From NCBI GenBank assembly GCA_023213395.1, contig CM041465.1, positions 81,103,741-81,167,740 on the forward strand: DNA of 64,000 bases, read 5' to 3'. Shown one piece after another: positions 1 through 12,415 of this stretch (its first letter is position 1; each line of letters opens with the position of its first letter). The notes beneath the pieces are model-generated. The model was not told the origin of the DNA and did not search any database. It saw only the letters and a list, made by a program, of their open reading frames with translations. The position numbers and the translations under genes are program-made. This stretch comes from Cycas panzhihuaensis (Eukaryota > Plantae > Cycadophyta).

Positions 1-2027
1 AATTGGTACTTGATGTTATGTTCTTTGCAAAAATTGGTAAATTGATTTGATATATAAAGCATCTTAATTGTAGTGTTAATTTTATTTTTAGCTTTGCCTT
101 TGAATTCCTTGAATTTTTCAAAGGCTTCAAATTTGTTCTTTAAAAGGTAGATCCCAACTTTTTGAGAATAATCATCAATAAATATGATGAAATATAAATT
201 TCCATTATGAGAAGGCTTAGACATAAGTCCACAAATATCTGAGTGAACTAAGCCCAAAGTTGATTTCTAAGTTTTCCTTGAATTAAATGATTCCTTATAT
301 TATTTTCCAACTAGATAAGCTTAATAGAAGCTCTTATATTATTTGATCTTGGGTGGTCCATGTACCCTCTAAAAGATAAACATGAGCTTATGACTCTGCA
401 TATTTATATGACTAAGTCATTAATGTCATAACTAATCCTTGGTATATTTATAAGTATGTTACTCCTTAGTATGTAAAGGTTCAAGTTGTATATGAGAAGA
501 TTCAACTTACATGTTAATAGGTGGGTCTTCTATAATAATTTTCTTTCCTTTATCTACCAAAGTAGGATGCATAATGATACTTAGATTATGATTTTGTATA
601 AAGAAAGTACAATAACATCAAGCTTGTATAGACCATTATCATCATGTCCTATAACCACTACTTATCTAGTTAAGTGATCTAAAATAATGGAAGTTTCCTA
701 GGTGAAACGTACATCAGATTTCTACTTATCAATTTAGCTAACAAAAGGTAGGCTTTATTTTAAACTAGGTACATATAGGATATTATTGATATAGTGACCT
801 ATGTTTGAATCAGTTAAGGCTATGGGTGCTTTCTCAATCTTAGCCACATCATATATAATATCATCACCAAACATTATTGTATATGCTTGAATAAGTTTGG
901 TGTCTTTCAAGAGTTATTTAGTGCATGTCATATGATGAATATTATTAGAATCTATCAACTAGGAGTTGTCTAAATGGTTAAAAGTAAGAGAAACATAGAA
1001 TAGGTTCTCAATATTAGCTTGGGTATTGGCCACATGGTCTTCTTGCTATAAACTTTCATTGCGACCCTAATTATGATTCCTTGGTTGATTTTAGTTCTAT
1101 TATTTCCTATTTTATTGACCACATATATTGTTGTGATATTGGTTTTGACCTTGACTGACCTCCTTGTTATCCAAGGTTTGTCTATAAAAGCTATAGATTA
1201 TATTATCTCTTTCTATAAATAATGATGAAATTTCTAAGATTGCCATAGTAGAGGCAAGTAATATTCTCTTTTCTCTATTAGTTTCTAGTCTATTATGGTT
1301 GTTGATTCAAATTTAAAGAACTAAATCACTAGGTAAGAGGTTGTTGAATAGGCTATTTGCTCCCTTAATTTCTAGTTCTGAATGTGAGAGTAGTGTTAGA
1401 AGAAGATGTTGTTACTTATCAATTTAGGATATCTTCCTCCTTTAACAATAGCTCTTATAGGGTATCAAAGCCCATGGTAGTAAAGTCATTTGATAAATGT
1501 GATAAGAAAATATTGTACATGGTAAGAAGGACATTGAAAATATTGAAAATAAGGTCATTTTTTAAAGGAGTATCTCAAAGAGTGGTAAGTTGGTTCCTGA
1601 TGGCTTTAACTTCATTTATATATAAAGGGATCAATCTAGTAAAAGGTACAGAATATAAGTGTGCTTTTAGCATGATTACTCTTGAGTCATCCTTTTTCTT
1701 ATAAAGTGAATATATAATGTTCCATGGCTTATGACATATGCTTGTTATTTTAATATTTTAGTCTATATTATCCTTTCTAGCTAAGTATAGAAAAGATGGA
1801 TTAAGATTATTTTTAGCTCTAAAAGTAATAAGGGCAATAGAGTTTAGAGGGGTCATGTTATTAGGATTATTTAGGTTAGGTGTGGGAGTAAGCTTAGGTA
1901 TGTTACCTAATACATAAGCCTAAAACTCATTTATGATCAAAAGGTACTTGACTTATTTTTTCCAAGCTAAAACATAATTATTGCCAAATAGTTTAATTAT
2001 ATTTAAAATAAGCATTTTTGTTGCCAT
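1..2027 (-). pseudogene. Ty1/copia gag-pol 5' part (gag, zinc knuckle, protease, GAG-pre-integrase, integrase N-part); continues beyond window start
   Basis: Minus-strand translation: MATKMLILNIIKLFGNNY..WKK from ATG at 2027; protease-like LIDS at ~950; integrase LVHSDICGLMSKPSHNGNLYFIIFIDDYSQK at ~160-255. Many stops. Confidence 0.9.
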
Positions 2028-2052
2028 TGTGTACTATATACCTAGTTGACTA

Positions 2053-2468
2053 TGAGACGTATCTTCTCATAAGTGCTTCTTGAAATAATAGAAAAATAGC
2101 AGTCATAACCACTTCGTTCTATCCAATATGGTAAACAAATTAATAGAGAATCTCATAATAATACAAGAGCACCAAATGATCACCAAAATAGAGAGTACCA
2201 CAGCATAATCTTTATAAAAAGTTATATCAAGCTAACCATCATTTATAATCTATGACCCTTACATAGACAAAAGAGGGTCTTCTACATGCAATCCTATTTG
2301 TGGCCTAAGTGGCCTTACATTCTATTAGATGGCATATTGGCCTTACATACCATTGGCTAGCTTATCAGCTCATGTACAAATTTCCATAATTAACCTTATC
2401 TCTTAACCTCATAATAGCTCTCTGTATAATAGTGTTTTATATAACATAGTGATATGAGTTATGTAACA
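2053..2468 (-). repeat. 3' LTR of chromovirus
   Basis: Direct repeat of 8357..8772 (tgagac.tatcttctcataagtgc...gagttatg.aa(c/t)a); preceded on the minus strand by PPT caggtgaggggacc (2469-2482). Confidence 0.95.
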
Positions 2469-2479
2469 GGTCCCCTCAC

Positions 2480-5400
2480 CTGAGATATTGAGTCCTTGAG
2501 GCATATGAGATGTAGGTGTTTTCTGATAAAACCATTGGATTCCCAAGTTGCTTCATCTAAGTTACAGCTTGGCCATAGTATTAAATATTTTGAAATGGAC
2601 TGATTTTAGAGACAGTATTGTCTACTAGCCAATATACATTCTAGAGGTATGGATAAGGTTTTCTCTTCATCTATAATTAGAAGGGTTATCTACGTTACAT
2701 AGGTTTTTCTTAGACACTTTCGAAGATAGGATACGTGAAAAATATTATGGATGTTGGTGGTGTGGTGAAGGTCAAGAGTATATGCAACTTCATCAATACG
2801 TTTAAGGACTTTATAAGGGCCATAATATCGAGGGCTAAGTTTGTGGTTCTTATGATAGCAAAGGGATTATAACTTATGAGGTTGGATATGAAGGAATACA
2901 AGATTACCAATATTGAAGGAGCGACCAAAGCGGTGGCGATCAACTAATTATTTCATTTCATTTCGGGCCATGGATAGATTTTGTTTAAGGGTATGGAGAA
3001 TTTGGTCCATATGTTACTATTTTTATTATACTACTACCATGTGGAGGTTAGTACCCAAGGTGTGGTCGGATGGTATGGGATACCCATAGAGAGCCAAAAA
3101 TGAGGACATTCCAATAACTAAATGGTGTGAGGAGTTGTACCAATACTCAACTAGGGTTAACCATGATGTCCATTTATATGGGTGGTAAGATACAAAGCAA
3201 TGTACATAGGTCTTTAGAGTTTTGTTAAGGACCTTAGATTAGCCATCTGTTTATGGATGGTATGCCGAACTCATATTGAATGATGTTCTTGATACATGAA
3301 ATAGCTCTTACCAGAAGGAACTAGTGAATTTAGGGTTGTGGTCACATATGATAATGGATGGAAAACTATGCAAACAAAATATTATCTTGAGGTAAATGTT
3401 AGAAATATGTAGATCCTTATAGGCTGTGCGGATAAGTAGGAAGTGGGTATATTTTATCAACCTATCTATGACTACTAAAATAGAGTCAGATCTGGCAGAT
3501 AGTGGTAAGCTTGTCATAAAGTCCATGGCAATATATTGTTATTTACCTTGTGGGATATACAATGATTGAAGGAGGCCTGGTTGGGGTTTTGTATTGGATT
3601 TGTTACATTGGCATGTGCTGTATTTAGAGATAAAAACAAGGATGGTGGATTTCATTTCTAGCTAAAAGAAATCAAAACATATCCTACGATAAGTTTTATC
3701 TAAACCAAAATAACCACCAAGAGGGGAAGAATGATATTATGATAAAATTCACAGAATAAAAGCTAAGTGGGGGTGTACGAATATATGATTTTGGTATAAG
3801 AGAAGATTATTATAGATGGACCAATCCTTATGAGTGTGCACCTTATCAACTGAGTGTGAGAAATCTGGTTGGGATTGGTTAGTTGTGACTCAGTCATATA
3901 TCTATGTCAATTATGGGAAAGAAATGACATAAATGGTAGGGTCCTTAGTGTGATAAATATTATTGTCAAGTGTAGGTGAGAGCATCTACCACGATGTTAT
4001 ATTTTCTCTTTTTATATGTGATTATAAAGTCAAAAACTTGGAGGCGATTGACCCATTTAGCCTGCTCTTCTTAGAGGACTAGTTGATCTAGTAAGTGACA
4101 AAGACTATGATGATCACTAAGGATAGTAAATTTAGAACCAAGTAGATACTATCATTATTTTTCAATAGCATGGAGGATGGCCCACATTTATTTTTGATAG
4201 GTAGATAGTCTACACTTATGAGTTTTCAACTTTCAAAGGCGATGGGGTGGAAGTCATGTATTAAGGTTGCACCCTATCCAAACCTGGAGGCATCGTATTC
4301 TAATTGAAAAGGTTGAGTAAAGTTAGGAGATGCCAAAATTAGGGTGGTTGTCATAACCTCCTTTAGATGGAGGAAAGTCTCATTAGATGAGGGAGACCAT
4401 TGGAAAGAATCCTTCTGAAGTAAGTGGGTGGTTAGTGTGGCATAATTTTGAACGAATCAATGATAGAATCTACTAAGCCCTAGGAAAGCTCGCAATTAGG
4501 TCAAGGTTTTTGGGGTTGGCCAATTGGTGATGACAAAAATTTTATCAAGATCCACCCAAACCACTATAAATGATATAATATGACCAAGGTATTGTAGTTT
4601 AGATTTCCTAAATCCACATTTAGAGAGTTTAGCATATAATTTATTCTTAGCTAGGACTTGAAGGACTATTTCTAGATGTGAGATGTGAGCAGGTATATTT
4701 GAGCTATAGATAAGAATATCATCGAAGAAGATGATGAAAAGTTTTCATAGGTATAGAGAAAAGATCTTATTCATAAGGGCTTGTAAGGTAGCCAGATCAT
4801 TATATAGGCTAAAGGGCATGACCTAGAACTCAAAGTGGCCATGGTAGGTTCGAAAAGCTATTTTATATTGATTCTCTAGTAAGACAGGGATTTGGTAATA
4901 TCCTAACTATAAATCAAATTTAGTAAAAATTGTAGCACTATGGATCTCATCTAACATGTCATTGATTCGTAGCATGGAGAACTTGTTTTTTATGGTGATT
5001 TTATTGAGTGTACGATAGTCAACACAAAGTCTGAAAGAGCCATCCCTTTTGTGAACTAAAATAATGGGTGTCTCATATGGGATTTTACTAGGTTAAATGG
5101 TGCCCATGTCCAACAATTCCATCATAATTCTTTTAATTTTATTTTTCTAGAAATAGGAGTTCATATATGGTTGAAGGCTAATCAGGTCATGTGAATTTTA
5201 TAACTCAATAGTATGATAACAACCTTGATCAGGTGAGGGGCTGGCAGGTAGTGGAGTAAATACAAAATGGTATCGGTCCAATACTTATTGGATATTAGGG
5301 TGAATACCCAAAGGGGCCTAGATATGGTTGAGATGAACGATGTATCCTATGTTACTGTTGAGTTGTCAACACATTTGAATGGGTGAGATTACTTTGTTTG

Positions 5401-6995
5401 GGGGGGCTTACATCCCATAAAGTTTATGTAAGGGGCCCATGTTATCTTTGAACATAATAAATGGAACTGTGGGTAAGTTATTGGTGTTATAAGTTCCTAG
5501 ATCCTGGAGCCATTGTATGCTAAGAATTACATCTGACCCACCTATGGATAGGGCATAAACATCACAGACAAGGGTATATGAGCCAATGTGAACTGTGAGG
5601 TTTTTTATTGTTTCTACACAATGAAGGGTGTGATGATTAGGTAAGGAGTAGATAAAGCATGTTTTAGGTTCTATGTAAAGATTCAACCATCAAGTAATAG
5701 AGATATTGATGAAATTTCATGATGCACCACCATCTATCAAAATGATAATTGAGGGTTTTTTAAGTATTCCTTTAACTTAGAGTTATTTAGGATATGTAGT
5801 GGAGGTAACAGCTGATAAGAAAACTTTAGGTTTGAGATTTAGAGGCAACTCATTAGTAGGGTAGTCCTGGGGTTCATCATCATAGTCGAGCTTGATCTCA
5901 GGGTCATCTTCTAAAGATAAGTTAGGGTCAATTATAAAGACCATCTTCCTGGCTTTGTAGATTTGACTATAACTAGAGGCCCATTTTTTGAAACATTGCA
6001 TACACAAATTGGCTTCCTAACAATATTATGCCTCTATTAGAGTGATGTGTATGGACTTTAAAGATGGTTCATTAGTGCATCGCTTGAGAGATGTAGATGG
6101 TATGTCATCTAGTTATGGGCATGATCATTGGTAATAAGTTAGATGTGGTCTTTGGGACCAGCCAATACTACTTTGTTAGGATCGTGAAAGCTAGGTGGAG
6201 TCTCATCTAAATGGAGGAGGCCTTTCTGTGGTAAACTCTGCATCTACTGCTTTAGCTATATTAATTACATCTTTTAGAATAGATAGGGAGACCATCTTCA
6301 GGCATATTTAGATATGTTCTTTCAGCCCAGATACAAATATATCTATCTTTGTATGTTTATCAAGTTGTTGATTAACCATATTACATAGAGATTGGAACTC
6401 ATTAGTGTATACTTTAACAGAGGATACTTGTTTCAATCATGTCATTTATGTGAAAAATGATTAGTTGTAAGTGCCTTCATACTCCTTAAAAAAGAAGGTA
6501 GAGAAGTGTACCCAAGATAGGCTAGAAAGGTACTCTCGTTTCCACCATCAGAACTAATGTTATGTCCTCCCCATTTAAATATATGGAAGAAAATATAAGT
6601 TGTTCATTTACTAACATTGTATTGAGTGTAAAGAAAGACTCTAGTTTACTAATCTAACTTCGTGGGCTATCCTTATTGAGATCCAAATTAAATATAGGTT
6701 TGTTGATCTTATGATGAAATGGTTGCTACTGATATGGAGGAATAGTCATGGTTTACTGTTGTATGGGGCTAACTAGTGGCCAAGGAGAGAAGTTGCTCAA
6801 CCTCTGAAGTACATGTTAGAAATTAGAGCGAGATGTTAGGGTTGACATGTTTTTGTAAAATTCTATCCATATGGCAACTACTTCATTTTTAACCTCCTTG
6901 TACATGTGGTCTAAATATTGCTTGATTTTTTCTAGAATGTTGAAGACTTGGGTCTCAAGTGCTGAGATTTTATCACTATTACTTTGAGAAACCAT
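2480..6995 (-). pseudogene. Chromovirus gag-pol with C-terminal chromodomain
   Basis: MVSQSNSDKISALETQ start at 6995; protease ILIDGGAS*NFIN ~5705-5745; RT FIIFFDDILIYS ~4705-4740; integrase MDFMTSLP..ILVVIDRL (ORF 3308..3526); chromodomain ILASR..KYLILW..DEATWE ~2540-2645. Confidence 0.92.
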
Positions 6996-8340
6996 GAAGA
7001 AAGGGAAAAAAGAGGCAAGAATAGGTAGAAAGAAGGGGGTTGAATGAAGTGAAAAAGATCAAGAAAGAACAAAACGTAAGAATTAGGGAGTTTTTAAGGG
7101 GAAGAGAAGGGGATAAATAGGAAGATTGTGGGGTGTCTATAGCCTATTGAACCCCAAATTTTACATAAGCAAGATATCAGGTTCTCTTGAACAAGTGTGA
7201 AAAAATCATTCAAATGGGGTATATGAGCTTATGGGGGGCATTAGAGGTAGTGGGACCTACTAGTGACTAGGTACTGAAAAACATGAAAATTACTAGTATA
7301 TACTAACTTAGTGTAAACTAACTAGTACAATGTGTTAATTAAAATGAGGTATATAGTTGTAAGGGATTTTTTTTTTTTGTTATGAACTTACACTATGAAG
7401 CATGACTAAGTTAAAATTTTTTCCTTTTTTGTTCTTCTTCTTTCTTCTTGCTTTGTTTTTTTCTTTTTTAATTTTTTCCTTTTCTTTCTTTTCTTTTCTT
7501 CTTCTTTTCTTTTCTGTAATGAGTCTAACTATGCTGGCAGGCTCTAAGTTTAGGTAGTAAGAGGATTTTTTTTTTTTTTCCAAAATATTAAGTGACTTAC
7601 AGTCTGAACTTGAAAGTGGAATATGTATATTAGAGTATCCTACCAACTACTAGACAAGGTATGCTTGGTCTTATAGGCCTACCAATAAACTATAAAAGTT
7701 CAGGGCAGGTAGCTTTGTGGCGTTAACTAGTAACCACTATACTACAGGACTTCAACAATCAATAGTTTACTTATGCTAAGAAGGAATTGGGACCTACAAG
7801 GGTCCTCCTATATACTCGAAGCTATATGGAGGCACAATTCCATAGCCAAGTTCTATGTAGTGCTTGGTTTAGGAGTGTTATCTCCAGTTCTTCATGCAAG
7901 GGGCAGAAGAGCCACGATACACTTAGCCAGAACGATAGATCCCTGTGATATTTAAAGACCCCCAATATAGAGCCTCTACCGAACTACTTGGGTAGTGACC
8001 CAACAGTATTATCTACCCAAGAAAAAGTGGTGGGAGGGAGAAAGAGTAGCTGCCTAATGATGTTTGCTACCCTTGAGATATAATTCAATGCAAAAATTAA
8101 AATACAAAAAGAAAATTAAAACTAGATGAAAAATAAAAGGATAAAGTACTGATATTACCTAGAGGAAAAAAATTCCCCTTTTATCCCAACTCTTAGATTG
8201 TCCTAGTACCATTCCTTAATCTCTATGGAGAGAGTACTAAGTGAAGGTCTTTCCTCAATCTCTACTAGGGTAAAGAGAGTACTCGGTTTGACAAGAAAAA
8301 AGAAATCTAATTTTTCAGGAAGCTTACCATAATCGCAATG

Positions 8341-8354
8341 TGGCTCTGATACCA
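8341..8354 (-). promoter_or_regulatory. Primer binding site, tRNA-iMet
   Basis: Minus strand TGGTATCAGAGCCA, 2 nt from the 5' LTR. Confidence 0.95.
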
Positions 8355-8356
8355 CT

Positions 8357-8772
8357 TGAGACTTATCTTCTCATAAGTGCTCCTTGAGATGGCAAAAAAA
8401 TGACAATCGTAACCACTTTGTTCTATCTAATAGGGAAAATAAATTAATAGAGAAACTCACAATAATGTAAGAGCACCAAATGATCATCAAAATAGAGAGT
8501 ACCACAATACAATCTTTATAAAAAGTTACATCAAGCTAACCATCATTTATAATATATGAACCTTGTATAAACAGAAGAGTATCTTTCACATGCAATCTTA
8601 TTGGTGGCCTAAGTAGCCTTACATTCTATCAGACGACATAGCATCCTTGCATACCATTGGCTAACTTATCAACTCATACACGAAGTTCCATAATTAACCT
8701 TAACTCTTTACCTCCTGATAGCTCTCTATATAATAGTGTTTTACATAACTTAGAGAGATGAGTTATGCAATA
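8357..8772 (-). repeat. 5' LTR of chromovirus
   Basis: Repeat of 2053..2468, adjacent to the PBS, flanked by TSD GACTA. Confidence 0.95.
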
Positions 8773-10470
8773 GACTACTAAGATAGAATGTTAAATTTTA
8801 CTATCTCCAAGGAAGCCCTTGGTTGATATTATGTCTAGTAGTACCTTCCCATAAATAGTAGTTTAGGGACTCTACATACATCAGTATGTGAGTAAGTTAA
8901 GCTTGATATACCTTAGTACATAAGTGTAGAATGCTCAGTCACCTTCCTAACAATGTGGATGCACTTGCAATGGCTTTATTTCAAATGATAAATCTAGCAC
9001 AGGACTAAAACTAAGGCAATCACCCTTTCTAGGTCTAGCATGGTCTCTGAATACCAAAATAACAAGTTTCATACCTCAATATATCACTCGATACACTTGA
9101 TAATAAGTTATCCTTTAGCCTACTTATCTAGATAAATATAACTCATGTATGTAAGAATGATTACTTTAGGGATCCTAACTATTCCCCTTATAGGATTAAT
9201 AGTCTTGTAATTTAATTTGGAATTATCTTAATTAATATTTCAAATTCAAATTCCTTTTATGTGGTCTTGTTTAAAATATAATGAAGAAATTTTCAATGAA
9301 TTTATTAAATGAGATAATTTAAAGTATCAAAATTGAATAAATAAATGACAAAAGAAGGGCATAGAGTACTCAGTAATGAAGGGGCCACTACTTAAAGGTA
9401 AAAGATAGGCCTTCCCTAAACTAGAAATGCACTTTAATTTATAGTATAAACTAAAGTACTTTGAGTTAGGATTTTGATGGTTTAGATGACCTAAAAAATA
9501 AACACCTAATTATAAAGATATCATGAAGATTGTGTAGGGGCCTTCTTATTAATAAAAAATTGAACTAGGATGAGTATTCAACCCCTTTGATGAGTTAGCC
9601 CTTGGTCACCAAGGCACTATATATGACCACCTACTAATGGAAAAGGGGCTTTTTGGACTCTAATGGAAATCTCAATATAACTTTATTAAGAAAAAAATTG
9701 GAAAAATATATATTACCCAAAGTCGAAACTAATATACATGCTTATAATTTAATAGGTAATCAATCTACTCAGGCAAGCTTGCAAATAGTTGATTATTATG
9801 CTTTAAATCAAGAAGAAAGTGAGATTAATCTTAATCAAGATTAATAGAGGTTACTTTACATAGGATGTAAGGATAATCACTTTGTAATTTCTGATGTCAG
9901 AAGTAACATATTAAAGTAGGTAGAGAAAAGCTTTTTCTTTTCACATCTACAAACTTGTACAGATCTTGACCTTTACATAGGGGATTTAGAGCAAGTTATA
10001 ACATAGGGTAGTTTCTTCTTGGACACTTGACAGAGTCACATAGCTCATAGAACCCTCATGCAATTACACAATGAAAGTGGACTTAAAATAATCATATGTG
10101 TATACACCATATTTTTGGCTCATGACTCAAATCACCATACATAGGTGGTCACACGGATAGGGTTTCCATGAATGACCATAAATGGATTAAGATAAATATT
10201 ATTTAGGCATAGACCATAAACTCCATAGTAGTGTGCATAGGTAGGGAACTGTGTAGGTAGGGTTTTAATGGTGTGAGATGAAACCATTCAAATAGACTCA
10301 AATGATCTTAAACAAAGTTAAATGCATCTTATGTATACATAGAATTGGATTGAATGAACTTCAAACGTGGTTTTGATTTTATAAATGGTATTAAATGGAA
10401 TGTAATAATCTGCTTAAATAATGTTAAACTTGTGGTATAGTTTTACTAACTAATCCTTTTTCTTTTACCT

Positions 10471-11088
10471 CGGCTCTGATACTAAATTTCAAAGTTAGAA
10501 TTAATCTAACCAAGGAAAATTTATCTTAACAAGATATTTATTCTCTTAACCAATGTGTAATAAACTCATCAATATATAAAACATATTAAGCACATATTAA
10601 ATAAACACAAATTATAAATAGAGAATTAAAAATTAGCTCTAATCTAAAGGAATAATTATATCAAATTAATTGATGAATGATATATAACTCTATCATAGTT
10701 TAAAATCTCACAAAAAACCTTCTTCTCTTTTTCTTTTCATAAGTGTAGGTATGGATTTAATTTATAGAGAGTTTAATGTCTATCACTTTATATTAGATGG
10801 ATGTGGATTGGACCTTATATACTTTCACATGATTGGATCTCATATTATATAAGTCTCATTGGACAATTATGAGGTTTAAAGTTAGGTGTTGACTATCAAC
10901 TAGGAATTACAATATTAAGTCATAACTTAAGATATAATTGTACTTCATATAAGTAAATTGACTAACTTTACAAAAGAGTATATGAAGGAGTCATTATATT
11001 TTAATAATAATAATCACCTCTACCATGTTGTTATACTCTATAATTATATAAGTATCCAATGATTATTATGTCTATATAATTTTTTACA
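10471..11088 (-). repeat. Degenerate tRNA-iMet PBS (10471-10484) and probable 5' LTR of the first copia
   Basis: Minus strand TAGTATCAGAGCCG next to an AT-rich LTR-like segment. No partner LTR in the window, so the right boundary and assignment are tentative. Confidence 0.55.
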
Positions 11089-11762
11089 TTTCTTTGATAA
11101 CTATGAATTTAAATGACAATGGAGTGTACTTACTCTCATTCATTATTATCAAAATAGTGCTGGTGACAACATGATATGGAGAATTAACTAGAAATAATCA
11201 AGCACTTATCTCAAAATACCATGAAGTTATCCTTGTATTATTTATCCATTTTCACCATGAATTATATTATTTTCCACCTCAATACTTTTAATTATTAGGT
11301 CTACATTATAATTTTTTCTTATATTTTTTAAATTCTAATTCATATTGTTGTAATTTGTAATAGGGATCCTATAGACCCTCATCTCTTGTCAACTTCCTCC
11401 CCTTCCTAGTCAAGTCAAATTATTCAAATTTCATAAATAAATGTTATGTGTTTTTTTTCTTTAATATTTGAGCTTCACTAACCTATGGTGAATATGTAGT
11501 TATATGTTAATTATTTCCATGTATACACTCCAGGAGCTATGTGGTGAGTTATTCAATAGAGAAGATTTCTAATTTTTTTATAGTAGGGCCATCCACAGGA
11601 GTAAAGAAAAAGATGGATTTATTATGTTAATAATCAGTGTTAATTCGATAGGAGTAAGGGGGATTAGAGAGGTGAGAGTTAATGTTGTATTAGAATTTGA
11701 GGTTGGTATCATAGAAGTAAGTGGGGTTAATGGTCTAGGTGTAGGTAGTCTAGAACATAACT

Positions 11763-12117
11763 TGAAGTGATCCTAAATTAGATCTACTTCCAAAAATACA
11801 AAAAGAAAATTAAAATAGAAGTTGAATAGGTAAATTTACTTGGGTACTCATGTCAAATAAAATTGTGATTAAACTAAAAATAAAACTTACAAAATGAATT
11901 AGAGGTCTCCCCTCTTTATAGGTGCCAATATGTCTCCCTATTAAAAAAAATAACTTCAATAATAATATTAATAATAAAATAGTAACTTCCTAATATAAAA
12001 ACTAACTTTATATTAATTTAAAAGTATCACTCACTAATAATAATAACAACAACAATAATAGTAATAATAACATAACTTTTAATACTAACTTCTCCTTAAT
12101 GGAATAAGATTACTACA
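11763..12117 (-). repeat. 3' LTR of element X
   Basis: ~350-bp repeat of 59929..60268; termini tgaagtgatcc...gattactaca form an imperfect inverted repeat. Confidence 0.88.
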
Positions 12118-12415
12118 ATTCATTATTTCTTCAAAGAATACTTTACCCATAAAGTATTTATAATTTAATTACTTGAAAGCTTAGAGTATATATGTCCTTG
12201 TGCATATATCTTCGATCCCCTACCTACTAGGGCTTCAATATCATAGGCTTTAAATTCTCTATTATCTCATCATCTCAAATTAAAACATATATATCCTCTT
12301 CTTATTTATGATATTACTTTATTTGGAATTATTTATATAGGTGGCTCTCTCATCAATTGATCCTCAAATTTACATGCTCTAGGGTCATGCATCCTGGTTG
12401 TATATTGTATATATA

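Larger units (their letters stand above)
2053..8772 (-). mobile_element. Complete degenerate Ty3/gypsy chromovirus (Reina-like size), ~6.7 kb
   Basis: LTR pair 2053..2468 and 8357..8772; perfect TSD GACTA (2048-2052 and 8773-8777); PBS and PPT in place; gag-PR-RT-RH-INT-chromodomain order. Confidence 0.95.

Noticed and set aside
7380-7646. Lys-rich 88-aa ORF
   Set aside because: Product of a T-rich low-complexity tract in the chromovirus leader.
8098-8121. aaaatacaaaaagaaaattaaaa shared with the element X LTR (~11793)
   Set aside because: A-rich low complexity; flanks do not align convincingly.
11090-11757. Unassigned sequence flanking element X (continuing at 60274-60690)
   Set aside because: No motif I can support; probably older TE debris.
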